Origin: Leptolyngbyaceae cyanobacterium
GTDB lineage: Bacteria; Cyanobacteriota; Cyanobacteriia; Phormidesmidales; Phormidesmidaceae
Reading direction: 5' to 3'
Length of the DNA stretch: 64,000 nucleotides
NCBI GenBank assembly: GCA_965263355.1
Contig: CBDHHL010000031.1
Coordinates: 1-64,000, forward strand
The notes under the pieces are model-generated. The model saw nothing but the letters and a program-made list of their open reading frames with translations. It was not told the DNA's origin and searched no databases. A program made the position numbers and the translations under genes. Position 1 is the first letter of the stretch. The number at the start of each line of letters is the position of its first letter. Of the stretch, positions 30,859 to 41,218 are shown piece by piece.

Positions 30859-31052
30859 GTACTGAAGTATTGAAGGCTATCCCTATCGGAAAGTTAGTTG
30901 CTGGTCAATCAGTGACTATTGAACTAGCTGATAAAAGCATGGTTGAACTATTTTTTAATGCAACTAATCAGCTTGTTGTTTTCAATAAAGGCGATGACGA
31001 TTTGTACTATGCCGGGGCTTATCTTGAATCAGTAGAGGAGGAAGAAGAATAA
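30855..31052 (+). CDS. Small hypothetical protein
   Basis: 65 aa, coupled to both neighbours. Confidence 0.55.
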   Translation: MSTEVLKAIPIGKLVAGQSVTIELADKSMVELFFNATNQLVVFNKGDDDLYYAGAYLESVEEEEE

Positions 31053-31690
31053 TGCCAGCTATCGGTGCTTTTCTCCCAGCGGTTCAATCATCTAGCTCTA
31101 CAACAACGCCTAAGAATATCTATGAAGAAACAATACGATTGAATTCTCAATTTGCTGCTGCGACCACTGCAGCAGTGAATCGTATCGCTACCAATGGTGG
31201 CCCTGGAGCTGCGACGGGAACAGACGGTAGTCAATTCACAATATCCTCTGCTGACTTTGCAAGCATTCAAGCGATATATGTTGTTCCGTCAATTGGCAAC
31301 AGCAACGGTTCACAGCTTTGGTATCAGGGAATAAATTACACAACTGGGGTTAATGAATTTGGCGTTGAAGGGCCAACTCCGCAACCGGGAACGTTCGATG
31401 GGGACACGTTCACCCAAGATATAACCTGGCAAGCTGGATTTGGACTAACCGGTACAGGGACACCAGGTGAAGCGATCACAGTTACTCTGAACGCGGCTGC
31501 CTTGACCCATATAGACGGAAACAACAGCGTGACCGTTGATACTGACGGCAATTGGTTTTTCTATCCCAATGCGCCACAAGTCGATGACCCAACAGCATCA
31601 CTGATAGAGGTTCGTTCAAACGGAGTCGTGATCACAACGTTCACCGTTCAACATTGTGCGTTTGAAATTAATATTCGGAGGTCCTTTTAG
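31052..31690 (+). CDS. Structural protein with Ig-like C-terminal segment
   Basis: LTGTGTPGEAITVTLN...VTVDTDGNW. Confidence 0.55.
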   Translation: MPAIGAFLPAVQSSSSTTTPKNIYEETIRLNSQFAAATTAAVNRIATNGGPGAATGTDGSQFTISSADFASIQAIYVVPSIGNSNGSQLWYQGINYTTGVNEFGVEGPTPQPGTFDGDTFTQDITWQAGFGLTGTGTPGEAITVTLNAAALTHIDGNNSVTVDTDGNWFFYPNAPQVDDPTASLIEVRSNGVVITTFTVQHCAFEINIRRSF

Positions 31691-31796
31691 TGCCGTACAC
31701 AGGAAAGGGTAGGGGCTCCTTCCATTCTTAGATCCCATGGAGCAGGGACGGACTTTAGTTTTTGTTGTTCAAAGAAGCTCTTAAGGAGGTTGTCGC

Positions 31797-32411
31797 ATGA
31801 CCTTACTGACTAGTGGACAAATATCAAAACCAGCTAGTACTTTGACGGCTAGCTCTGCCAATGCAACGAATCAGTTAACTCCTGTCCAGTATCAACTGAA
31901 TGATGGGACGCTTGACCGTGGCTGGTTTAACCAAGGCACTCAAGCTTTATTTTTAGATGTTAATGGCACTAACTCAGTTACGATTGGGGCAGGGCCAACC
32001 GAAGCCATACTAAATAGTATCGAGGGAATATCAGGAGAAAGGGCAACAGAATTTAACCGAACAACCTTTACTCTGAGCACTCAAGACGAAATATCAACAC
32101 CGGTAACCGTTCCAACGGGCAGAAAGCTTGCTTCTGTCCTAGCAGCGATCAAAGTTACTAATTATAGTTCTGCTCTTAATGGGCCACTTGTTTTCTATCC
32201 AGAAATTTCTTTTTTTGAGACAGCAGCAGCTGATGAATTTGATTTGATTGAGGCAGATTCAGCGGCACCAGCCCAGGGGGATACGGTCGGGCATACGGGT
32301 TCAGATTCAGGAGCATTGGAGGGCGCATATGCCGTCAGGTTGCGTCGAGAAGATAGCACAGCAGATATAACAGCGACAGTTGATTGTAGATTGATCCTTA
32401 CTCTGAGATAG
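31797..32411 (+). CDS. Structural protein, partly paralogous to 28922..30205
   Basis: VTIGAGPTEAIL versus VTIGTGPTEAQL; GGAGG RBS. Confidence 0.55.
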   Translation: MTLLTSGQISKPASTLTASSANATNQLTPVQYQLNDGTLDRGWFNQGTQALFLDVNGTNSVTIGAGPTEAILNSIEGISGERATEFNRTTFTLSTQDEISTPVTVPTGRKLASVLAAIKVTNYSSALNGPLVFYPEISFFETAAADEFDLIEADSAAPAQGDTVGHTGSDSGALEGAYAVRLRREDSTADITATVDCRLILTLR

Positions 32412-32413
32412 TC

Positions 32414-35071
32414 ATGAGCGTAATTAACAGTTTTATTGCACAACTTAAACTATCTGCTCAACCTGAAGTAGGTGCGACTGAACAAATCCCAAACATTACG
32501 GATACGCAAGTTTTTCTTAGAACGGTTGGCAATGTCCCAAATGATATAACTGGGGTCACTTTTTATGTGTCGTCTGCTGTCCCTAGCAATGCGACGATAT
32601 CAATTAATGATTCTACTCCATTACCACTTGGTAGCTCTATCGGATTTGGGTATGCCCCTGGCAATGCGACAGCGCTAGAGGATTTGATATCAGGGTTAGT
32701 AACGAATCCATCGTTAGTTGCTTCGACAGGATCAATCATTACAGTAGATGTGACATATTACGCTAGAGATATGTCTCCTGTAACGGGCGGGCCAACTTTA
32801 TCGTTAGCATCAGCCAGTGTGGAAGATGCTAATCCCGACCAGATTCTGCTTACGTTTAGCAGCGCATTAGATGGCGCTAGTGTCCCCGCAACAACTGACT
32901 TTACAGCATCAGGCGGAAAGACTGTAAATAATGTTGCCATTGCAGGCTCAGCAATCACCCTAACCGTAGATTCTGCTTATATAAACTCTGATACGATCAC
33001 AATTTCTCACACGCCGGGGGGTAACCCGATTACGGGCACTAATACGGCAACGGTTGGGGCATTTAGTAATTTTGCAGTAACTAACAATATCGCTGGAGTC
33101 ACAGACACTACAGCACCCACAGCTGTGTTAGTTGGAGTCCTTCCCACTGCAACAACGGGAGTTGCAGCGACGGTAGTAGTTGACTTTACTGACGAAACGG
33201 ACTTTAACCCAGCGTCTGTGACTATTGGCTCATTGTCGGCTGTTGATGGCGCTAATGTGGCGACAATTGCAATTGCAAGCACTACAGCTATTGGCAACAA
33301 CGGTGTAAGGGTTGATTTTGACGTGACAGCCCCTGTGGATGGCAGTTACACAGTCACAGTTCCAGTTAATAGTTATTCTGACGTGGCAGGTAATCAGGGG
33401 GCATTGGTCAACTTGGGGACAATGACAGCCAGTGGAGCCGCAGACACTACAGCACCAACAGCTGTGTTAGTTGGGGTCCTTCCCACGGCAACAACCGGAT
33501 CTCCTGCAACTATCACGGTTGACTTTGATGATGAAACGGCATTTAACCCAGCATCTGTTGGTATCGCATCGCTTAGCGCTGTTGACGGTGGCAATACAGC
33601 AACTATTGCAATAGCGAACACTACAACCATTGGCAACAACGGTGTGCGTGTTGATTTTGACGTGACAGCACCTGTAGACGGCGATTACACAGTCACAGTC
33701 CCGGCTAATAGCTATACTGACGCAGCGGGGAATCAAGGAGCGCTGGTCAGTCTAGGAACAATGACATCTGCTGGATTTAATGGCACATTTGCAAGTCTAA
33801 CGGCTGCAGATACTATTGTATGGACACTTGCAGGGCAATCCAACGCAATAATTGGCCCTATTGATGGGGGATCTATTGCCCAAGATTTTGGTGCATTTGG
33901 AGACAGTCAACCTTGGTCTTACAACGTCGTTAATGTTGGTCAAGGGTCTACAGGTTTTCTTAGAGGGACTGGAGCTTGGGTGCCTTCAGATACGCTTGCA
34001 AATCAGTTAGTGTCAGACATAAATGCCGCTAATGCCGCTGTAACAGATAAGGCTACTCTTAAGTGGGGGCCTATTATATGGTTCCAGTGGAATAGTGATG
34101 CTGGAACAACTAATCAAGCACTTTATCCAGAACAGCTCTTAAATCTAAAGGCGTATATCGAGGAAAAAACAGGTCTAATTTTGCCTTGGCTAATCATTAA
34201 GCCCAATGCAACTTCGGATAACTTTAACACTGGAATTCAAACAGTATTCACTGACTTGGCAGCGAATAACGCTGATATTTACATTGCAAACATTGACTCT
34301 ATTGACCTTCAAGCTACGCCTGGTGGAGACGGTATTCATTATTCTGATGCCCAATATGGACAAATAGAGGATATTCTTACTGCACAAATCAATACAGACC
34401 AACTAATCAGAGAGCACTCTGCAGCTAATGTTGGATTGCCTGTCATCACACCAGCAGGTGAAGTGTTTAGGCACTCATTCACAGGCACTTTAGGCGCAGA
34501 TATCAGTACAGTTCCCCCAGATACAGGAACTATTTTTGATTATAGGAGCGGCGGAGAGTTTCAGATTACATCTGATAACAGGGCAGAGAATATTGGGACT
34601 ATAACGGGTTACTATCAGCCTAAACCTTCACCGGCAAACATTTATGACGGTATTGTGAGAAGAATAGACTTTGAATTACAAGATTCTAGAGCGTCTAAAC
34701 CCAGTGCAACATTCTTTTTGCAGCTATACCTTAGGTACAACGAGTCCTTAGGTACCGCTGGCAATGCCGATCTGAATCAGTCTCTTGTTTTAACTTTATT
34801 CCCTAGGACAACCAACAGCATCGTTTTAACTGACAACGATACTGGCAGTATTCTTTCGCAAGAAAATCAAAATTTGAACCTGTCTAATGCTTTTAATGTA
34901 GTAGTTGAGTTTTCGAAAAACACCATCAAATATCAGCTTAATAGTGGAACCGTGAGGGATTTACTTAATAGCACATTTACTGACCATGATGGAATTTTAT
35001 TAAGACTGAGAAACAATGATGTGTTTGTAGATAATTTTGTCGTTACTGAACAAGCAAGCTTTACCTTGTAA
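32414..35071 (+). CDS. Fibre/adhesin with SwmB-like domain, two Ig-like repeats and an SGNH (sialate O-acetylesterase-like) domain
   Basis: ILLTFSSALD..SVP...F; 113-aa tandem repeat; LAGQSNA, IIWFQ, DGIHY catalytic blocks. Confidence 0.75.
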   Translation: MSVINSFIAQLKLSAQPEVGATEQIPNITDTQVFLRTVGNVPNDITGVTFYVSSAVPSNATISINDSTPLPLGSSIGFGYAPGNATALEDLISGLVTNPSLVASTGSIITVDVTYYARDMSPVTGGPTLSLASASVEDANPDQILLTFSSALDGASVPATTDFTASGGKTVNNVAIAGSAITLTVDSAYINSDTITISHTPGGNPITGTNTATVGAFSNFAVTNNIAGVTDTTAPTAVLVGVLPTATTGVAATVVVDFTDETDFNPASVTIGSLSAVDGANVATIAIASTTAIGNNGVRVDFDVTAPVDGSYTVTVPVNSYSDVAGNQGALVNLGTMTASGAADTTAPTAVLVGVLPTATTGSPATITVDFDDETAFNPASVGIASLSAVDGGNTATIAIANTTTIGNNGVRVDFDVTAPVDGDYTVTVPANSYTDAAGNQGALVSLGTMTSAGFNGTFASLTAADTIVWTLAGQSNAIIGPIDGGSIAQDFGAFGDSQPWSYNVVNVGQGSTGFLRGTGAWVPSDTLANQLVSDINAANAAVTDKATLKWGPIIWFQWNSDAGTTNQALYPEQLLNLKAYIEEKTGLILPWLIIKPNATSDNFNTGIQTVFTDLAANNADIYIANIDSIDLQATPGGDGIHYSDAQYGQIEDILTAQINTDQLIREHSAANVGLPVITPAGEVFRHSFTGTLGADISTVPPDTGTIFDYRSGGEFQITSDNRAENIGTITGYYQPKPSPANIYDGIVRRIDFELQDSRASKPSATFFLQLYLRYNESLGTAGNADLNQSLVLTLFPRTTNSIVLTDNDTGSILSQENQNLNLSNAFNVVVEFSKNTIKYQLNSGTVRDLLNSTFTDHDGILLRLRNNDVFVDNFVVTEQASFTL
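33102..33769 (+). repeat. 339-bp-period tandem duplication (Ig-like domains)
   Basis: CAGACACTACAGCACC.ACAGCTGTGTTAGTTGG starts at 33102 and 33441. Confidence 0.9.
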
Positions 35072-35184
35072 AGCTTGCTTGTTCACTTATTAAAGATGAC
35101 TAACCGAAGATTTGGCTATCTGTGGCGATTGCGGACCGTCTTAGAATGCACAGATTGCCAGTAGTTTAATCAATCTGGAAAACA

Positions 35185-36624
35185 ATGCCTATCATCAGAC
35201 GACAAACCCCAACCTCATCCACGGATACACTCGCAGCCACGGCACAAGATCGCACGGTGGTTACAGCCACGGGTAGCGCTGCTGCGATCTCTGCGATATC
35301 TGCTACCTATCCAGCGACAGCCAATAACGGCAATACGCTGATAATTGCAGCAACAGATCGAGATTATGTAGTCAGCAGTAATGGAACGATCTGGACAATT
35401 GAAGCAGACCCAACTACAGACGGACAGAGGCGTTATGTTGTAAATAATGAAAGCGTCACTACCCGAACATTTGCAAGTTGGAGCGCAGAAGATAACAGAT
35501 GGCATTCTGACGCGTTTACTGCAAACGAGGTTCCTGATTCCCAAGAGGACAAACTGGCGGCACTTTTGCCAGAGATTCCTAGCGGGTATGATCCAGCTTT
35601 AGCAGGCGGCTATCTCACGGGAGATCAGGTTTTTCAAGGAGGTACGCTTTACACGGCAAATAAAGCGAGTCTTGACCCACCGGGGCCTTTTGCGGCGGCA
35701 GATTGGGACACGTTTGTTACTGAGGACGACGGAAAAGAAATCACTCAACAGCTGGACGGTGCAACGCTGGGCTATGCGTCCATTGGTTATCTGCAGAACG
35801 GGGGGACTTACCCACTGACGACAAATATAAATACAGCTAAAAAAGTTGACGCGATTATCCCTCCAAACAGCGCTGTTACCGTCGACGGAACACTTTACAC
35901 AAACGCAAGCTTAACTGAATCTCAAGGGCTGAAGTTATACAACGATGGGACAGGCTGGGTTAGGGAATCGGCAGGCGCTGAAGTCCCATCGAGCAGCCTC
36001 AGCTTCCAAGGACTGACATCGTTTTTCCAGTGGACTGGGAATGTGACTTTGGGCACATCGGGGACTGAATCTCCCATCAGCATGGGCAATGGGACAGCGG
36101 TTGACCTGTCTCTAGCTACCCATGCCCTTTTTACCTATAAGGCGTTTCTATCGGCTAACAATCCCTATCTCTTTAGTGATTTTCAGGATCTTACTGCAGA
36201 TCCCAGTACCCCATATCTATCGTTGGTCTATAACAACGGGCATATAGACGTGGAGTACGACCGTGCGGAAACCGATCTCTCGGTGGGAGATATCATTTTC
36301 AGGCGAGGGGGATCTTATCAGGTAGTTTTAGTAAAGGCCGAGTTTTTCACACTGATTGAGACCGGATTAACAGCCCCTACTACCCATATAATCTCTTTAG
36401 ACCAAGCAGGAAGCGTTAAAACGTTTCTAAACGGTCAGACCTTTGTTAATCTCTATGATATGAAATTCGCTGAAATAGCGGTAACCCTGGACCCTGGCTT
36501 CAGATTAGCGTTATCAAACCCTAACCCGGCTCCGGGAGTGACTATACGAGATTATGACTTAGGGATAATTAGCGTTGTCACTGCCTCAGATAGAACCATT
36601 AGGCTAGAGCAGGAAGCAATATAA
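35185..36624 (+). CDS. Fibre/structural protein with CBM5/12-like motif
   Basis: YLTGDQVFQGGTLYTA.....PPG.....DW. Confidence 0.55.
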   Translation: MPIIRRQTPTSSTDTLAATAQDRTVVTATGSAAAISAISATYPATANNGNTLIIAATDRDYVVSSNGTIWTIEADPTTDGQRRYVVNNESVTTRTFASWSAEDNRWHSDAFTANEVPDSQEDKLAALLPEIPSGYDPALAGGYLTGDQVFQGGTLYTANKASLDPPGPFAAADWDTFVTEDDGKEITQQLDGATLGYASIGYLQNGGTYPLTTNINTAKKVDAIIPPNSAVTVDGTLYTNASLTESQGLKLYNDGTGWVRESAGAEVPSSSLSFQGLTSFFQWTGNVTLGTSGTESPISMGNGTAVDLSLATHALFTYKAFLSANNPYLFSDFQDLTADPSTPYLSLVYNNGHIDVEYDRAETDLSVGDIIFRRGGSYQVVLVKAEFFTLIETGLTAPTTHIISLDQAGSVKTFLNGQTFVNLYDMKFAEIAVTLDPGFRLALSNPNPAPGVTIRDYDLGIISVVTASDRTIRLEQEAI

Positions 36625-38619
36625 ATGGGCATCATTCGCTATCTTCAAGGCCTCGCAGAGTATCCTAATCTCAGTGAATCCGATGTTGCTCAAGCCCATG
36701 TCTATCATGCATTTGATCAGTCTGCAGATTCCGCTATAGAGTATAACCTACAATTAAATAACATAGGGGTTGATGTCTCGGTAACTGCTATACAGTTTAA
36801 TCCAGGAGATTCTAGCGGACTTAAACCAATTATTTCTCCCTATGCGATATCGCATATTTATTCTCCGGGCACGTACTATCCGTCTTATGTGATTACGTTA
36901 TCCGATGGATCTAGCTTCACTCAGCCGTTACCGGTGCTGAAGATCGAGGCCCGGACTGAGCTTTTCTTATTCGAGGCAGCCGGAAGCTTTTCCTTCACAA
37001 CGCCTACCTATCCTTATAGCCATATGTCGATATACGGGGCAGGCGGAGGTGGGGGCGGCGGCGGCGGCCAGTTTAACACGTTCTCTTTTGCTATTCTCTC
37101 AGGTGGCGGAGGTGGCGGGGGTGGCGCTGCTTTTGAGCTTGTACGTTGGCCCTACGGGACTGATTTAAGGGGCCAAAGTGTTACCGGCTCTGTAGGGTCT
37201 GGGGGAAGCGCGGGAACCGGGGGCGACGGGGGTCCTACTCCAGGGGGCAGCGGGAGAAGCACTATTATTAATGCCTGGGGTAACTTTCCGAGGATCGTTG
37301 CTCGCGGTGGCTCTGGGGGGCAACATGCTGGCCTAACAAACCCTCAAGGGGGAGCCGGTGGCCAGGTCACCGAGGGGTTCGCCTCACTAGTCACTATTCC
37401 CGGTGGTAGGGGCGGCAATGGCGCTAGGGGGGTAGCTAACACTAACAACACTCCTGGCAATGGGGAGTCTCAAGGGGGCCCTGCTGGCGGAGGTGGCGGG
37501 GGTCACTCATCGGGAAACTTATTTCCGGCTAACGTTGCAACCGGGGCATCCGGTTTTAATAGTGCTCAGGAGATAACGCAAGACAACCCGAGAGTCTATG
37601 GCGATGGGGGCGATGGGGGCAATGCTCGATTGTTCTTGAGGGCTCAATCAGGAGAATTAAGAGGAGCCGGGGGAGGTGGTGGCCCAGGAGCACCGGGCAA
37701 TACGGGTATCTCTCCCAGGGGAGGATCGGGGGCTAGAGGATACGTCTTTTTTGTTTTTGAGGATCTGAGCCTAAGTGCTCCAGCGACAGCTGATGAGATC
37801 ATACTATTTAACACTCCAGGGTCATTCAGTTTCACAGTGCCGATCAACATTTATAGCGAATTTAGACTATATGCCTCGGCTCCCGGTGGCGGAGGTGGCG
37901 GCGGCGCTCAAAGTGACTATAGTAACGGTAAATCCGGTGGCGGAGGTGGCGGATCGGGAGATCATTTAGAACTGGTGCAGGCGTTTCCGCTATCACTGCA
38001 AGGGCAAACGATAACCGGGACTATCGGCAATCCTGGCATCGGTGGGACTGCAAACTCTAACGGTTCCTCGGGAGGTCAGGTAACCATAGATGCTGTAGGA
38101 CCTTTTGACGCTATAACACTTAGGGGCGGTGTTGGGGGTGGTGCTGGCCAGATCTCCACCGTAGATACTGTAGATGTAGCCGGAGGCCTAGGTGGACCAG
38201 GGGGCAACGGCAGCTCTAGTATTCCTGGCATCGTCTATCGTAATGGTGCACAAGGGGGCGACGGTGCTAGTGCGTTACCTAATGGACAGCTGGGGGCTAC
38301 TCAATCTCAAGGGGGCACAAATAACGGGGGGCCTGGATCTGGCAGTGGGGGCGGATCAGCCAGCGGGGGGACCGGTCCAACGGCGTTTGGTATTCCCGGT
38401 GGTGGCGCAGGCAATGGCGTCGTTACCCCTGATAAAGATAACCCTAATGCCTTTGGAACCGGGGGTAAGGGGGGCAACTTTGGAGGTACTACGAATCCGG
38501 CTAGTGATGGCTCAGGACCAGGCTCTGGCGGAGGGGGCGGCACTGGCTCGGATGGTACTGTAGATGCGTCAGGAGGTAACGGCGGCCAGGGCTATGTCCT
38601 CATTGTTCTAGTTGCTTAA
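36625..38619 (+). CDS. Glycine-rich fibre protein (two glycine-rich domains)
   Basis: Two GSFSFT.P...GGGGGGG...GG.G..GYV repeats. Confidence 0.75.
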   Translation: MGIIRYLQGLAEYPNLSESDVAQAHVYHAFDQSADSAIEYNLQLNNIGVDVSVTAIQFNPGDSSGLKPIISPYAISHIYSPGTYYPSYVITLSDGSSFTQPLPVLKIEARTELFLFEAAGSFSFTTPTYPYSHMSIYGAGGGGGGGGGQFNTFSFAILSGGGGGGGGAAFELVRWPYGTDLRGQSVTGSVGSGGSAGTGGDGGPTPGGSGRSTIINAWGNFPRIVARGGSGGQHAGLTNPQGGAGGQVTEGFASLVTIPGGRGGNGARGVANTNNTPGNGESQGGPAGGGGGGHSSGNLFPANVATGASGFNSAQEITQDNPRVYGDGGDGGNARLFLRAQSGELRGAGGGGGPGAPGNTGISPRGGSGARGYVFFVFEDLSLSAPATADEIILFNTPGSFSFTVPINIYSEFRLYASAPGGGGGGGAQSDYSNGKSGGGGGGSGDHLELVQAFPLSLQGQTITGTIGNPGIGGTANSNGSSGGQVTIDAVGPFDAITLRGGVGGGAGQISTVDTVDVAGGLGGPGGNGSSSIPGIVYRNGAQGGDGASALPNGQLGATQSQGGTNNGGPGSGSGGGSASGGTGPTAFGIPGGGAGNGVVTPDKDNPNAFGTGGKGGNFGGTTNPASDGSGPGSGGGGGTGSDGTVDASGGNGGQGYVLIVLVA

Positions 38620-38686
38620 TCTTCTGTAAAACAGGGTGCTGTAAGAATAGAGAGACTATGGATTATTGAACTGAAAATGGTTTAAT

Positions 38687-39433
38687 TTGATGCCTGACGC
38701 AGCGTTAGCAAGAGCTGGATTTGAATTCAATCCTGATCCCGTCATCTTTGGGAATTCACAACGCAAAATAGTCCTTGCTAACCCAGCAGCGGCTAGACTT
38801 TTTGAGTACGAAAATCCAACGGCAATGGTTGGCTTGAAAGTCTACAGTTTGGTTCCTGAATCTCTTATATCAGAAAGCGCTCATGACAGAATGTATGACG
38901 CGTTTCTACGTGGGCAGAGGACCCGTGATATGGGTTCTGAAGCTCCGCTATTTGGCAAAACACGAATGGGACGACAGATCCCTATCTGGCTACGACTATT
39001 TATTGTCAATCACGAAGGTGAAACCTATGTAGGCGAAGTCGTTCGAGACCGCACAGAATATTTACGCCAAGAAGAACAAATAAAGGAGCAAGAGCAACAA
39101 GAGCGAGATTTGATCTTGCAATTGGAGAAATCCAATAAAGAACTGAAAGCGTCCAACAAGGATATGCAAGTTCAATTGCGCCAGTCTGAGCTACAAGAAC
39201 TTGTCGTTAAGTGGCTGATCTATGCGGGTGTTTTTTTCTATCTGACCCCATTTTTATTAAGTATTTTTAGGCGAGTGCCAACGGAACTGATGTCTTTTGG
39301 CAGAGACGCTACGATCCTAGTAATCGGGGCGCTCGTTAATGCAACCGGTGCAGCTGTTGGGATTGTATCAAAGGCTAAGGACATGGCTAATGAAAAGTCA
39401 ATAGATAGCAAAACTCCTAATGCGAAACGATAG
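38687..39433 (+). CDS. PAS domain + coiled coil + two TM helices
   Basis: NPDPVIF...IVLANPAAARLFEY...MVGLKVYSLVP...GKTRMGRQIPI...VRDRTE. Confidence 0.85.
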   Translation: MMPDAALARAGFEFNPDPVIFGNSQRKIVLANPAAARLFEYENPTAMVGLKVYSLVPESLISESAHDRMYDAFLRGQRTRDMGSEAPLFGKTRMGRQIPIWLRLFIVNHEGETYVGEVVRDRTEYLRQEEQIKEQEQQERDLILQLEKSNKELKASNKDMQVQLRQSELQELVVKWLIYAGVFFYLTPFLLSIFRRVPTELMSFGRDATILVIGALVNATGAAVGIVSKAKDMANEKSIDSKTPNAKR

Positions 39434-40055
39434 AGCATTGTTTCCATTCCTTAGAACACAATTAGGTCGGGCGTTCATAATCGCATCGATTGGGTTATTT
39501 TTCGGCCTAGTTCTTTTCTGGACGAGTCATACTCAGTTTAGCGAGGCTTGCTTGCAAATCAAAACGCCTGGTTCTATAGCACAGGGGATAGCCCGAGGTC
39601 TTATATATCAGCAAAGTATTGAGGACGTAATAACCTCCATGGGCGATAGGCTGAACGCTCAATGGGTAGGGTCATTTTTGTACGACGAGGACCAACGTCG
39701 ACGTTTTAGTTTTGCGATCGCACGGATCGGAGTGCCTGTGTCCGCAACATATGGATGGCTGGACATCCAGCAAGAGGACATATATCTAGAGCAACTTGAT
39801 TATCATAAGTTAGGTCAATGCTGGGTTAAGCCTACTCAGGATCTCCCAGAAGGCCTATTGAAGCAGCAACTTGAGCCTAATAATATCCAGCTAACTATTT
39901 CTTGCCCCATACTGGCTCAAAATGGCGATATATTTGGGTATGTAGCCTTTGGCTTCGACCGGGTCATGGCAAACAAAGAGACCGTTGCGGAGTCTATTAG
40001 GGCAAGTCCTATCTTTGCGTTTGATGCTAGTAATGCAGGATTTTTCGGGAGCTAA
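39420..40055 (+). CDS. Single-TM + GAF-domain protein
   Basis: TM at about aa 17-34; LNAQWV...DLPEGLLKQQLE.NNI..TISCPI...NG.IFGYV. Confidence 0.7.
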   Translation: MRNDRALFPFLRTQLGRAFIIASIGLFFGLVLFWTSHTQFSEACLQIKTPGSIAQGIARGLIYQQSIEDVITSMGDRLNAQWVGSFLYDEDQRRRFSFAIARIGVPVSATYGWLDIQQEDIYLEQLDYHKLGQCWVKPTQDLPEGLLKQQLEPNNIQLTISCPILAQNGDIFGYVAFGFDRVMANKETVAESIRASPIFAFDASNAGFFGS

Positions 40056-40060
40056 TTTCA

Positions 40061-41218
40061 ATGAGATACATCATCGAGACATCAGATCAATTTCAAAATG
40101 CACTCAAAGTTGTTGAGGCAAGCGATCGTATCCTGCTAAAGTCTGGCGTTTATCAACATGAAGAGTACAACACTTCATGGGAAACACGAACACGTGGAAA
40201 TGCTTTTTTTGCCAGCGGGCTAAAAGGAACAGCCGAAGATCCAATTAGGATAATGCCGTTTGGGGATGGCCCTGTGACTATACTTTCTGACGTGAATGGT
40301 TTAGCGATAAAAGATTCTAAGTATATTATTATCGAGGGCATAGAGTTTGTAGGGCCGAATTCAAACCTGAGTGCTGAGCAAGCTTTAGAGGTCTGGTGGA
40401 ACGAAAACCCTATAATGATAACGGGCAGAGGAATTGCCTTAAATCGTTGCAGCAATATCGATATAACAAGATGCCGAGTGCATCATTTCCCAGGGGCGGG
40501 AATATCCAGCAAGCACGGTTACGATATCAGCATTTACGATAACGCTATCTATAACAATTGCTGGTTCTCAATATCAGGATCGCATGGTATCGCGAATAGC
40601 GAGCCTAAAGGGCCTAGCGGATCTTCAATGAAGATCTACCGTAACCTGGTTTTTGGGAACCAATGCTGTGTTATATCAAGGGTATTTTCCAAGGGTTATG
40701 TCACTTTGGCCTTAGATGAAGGGAACGGCATTCACTTTCAGAATGATGAGAAGATGTATAGGGGCGGGCTGCTGATAAAAGAGAACATTAGCGTGTTCAA
40801 CGGGAAGGCAGGAATAGGCCTTAATAGAGTGTCGACAAACCAGCTAGACTCAGCCATCATAAAAGATAATCTGCTAGCTGGTAATTGTATAACAACAGAC
40901 TCAGGGCAGCTTAGTGAGCGAGAAAGTCAAGTCTCTTTTATCCGTAACATATTGGGCGGTGAACCTTACGTTAAGAGCATAGGGCTCTCTGCAAGCGATT
41001 ACGCTAGCAATATCAAGGCACCTGAGTTCACTAGTCTATCGGATTTACTTCCTCCCGAAGGAACAGATCTTAGGGATACTTTCACCAATATTCTGTCTCA
41101 GTTTAGTATGTTCGTTGCGCCTTGCGACCAGGAGATAAACTTGGAAAGCATGATTAAAACGATAAAAGATACTCAGCCAGCGGATATGGCGCATATAGAG
41201 TTTATAGAGCATTGCTGA
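40061..41218 (+). CDS. Right-handed parallel beta-helix protein (pectate-lyase-like; possible depolymerase)
   Basis: DRILLKSGVY, GTAEDPIRI, repeated I.I.dN.I.NN and G.GI motifs. Confidence 0.8.
   Translation: MRYIIETSDQFQNALKVVEASDRILLKSGVYQHEEYNTSWETRTRGNAFFASGLKGTAEDPIRIMPFGDGPVTILSDVNGLAIKDSKYIIIEGIEFVGPNSNLSAEQALEVWWNENPIMITGRGIALNRCSNIDITRCRVHHFPGAGISSKHGYDISIYDNAIYNNCWFSISGSHGIANSEPKGPSGSSMKIYRNLVFGNQCCVISRVFSKGYVTLALDEGNGIHFQNDEKMYRGGLLIKENISVFNGKAGIGLNRVSTNQLDSAIIKDNLLAGNCITTDSGQLSERESQVSFIRNILGGEPYVKSIGLSASDYASNIKAPEFTSLSDLLPPEGTDLRDTFTNILSQFSMFVAPCDQEINLESMIKTIKDTQPADMAHIEFIEHC

Noticed and set aside
33102..33769. Long near-identical repeat as a diversity-generating retroelement TR/VR pair
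   Set aside because: In-frame tandem domain duplication with mostly synonymous, non-adenine-specific differences; no reverse transcriptase in the window.
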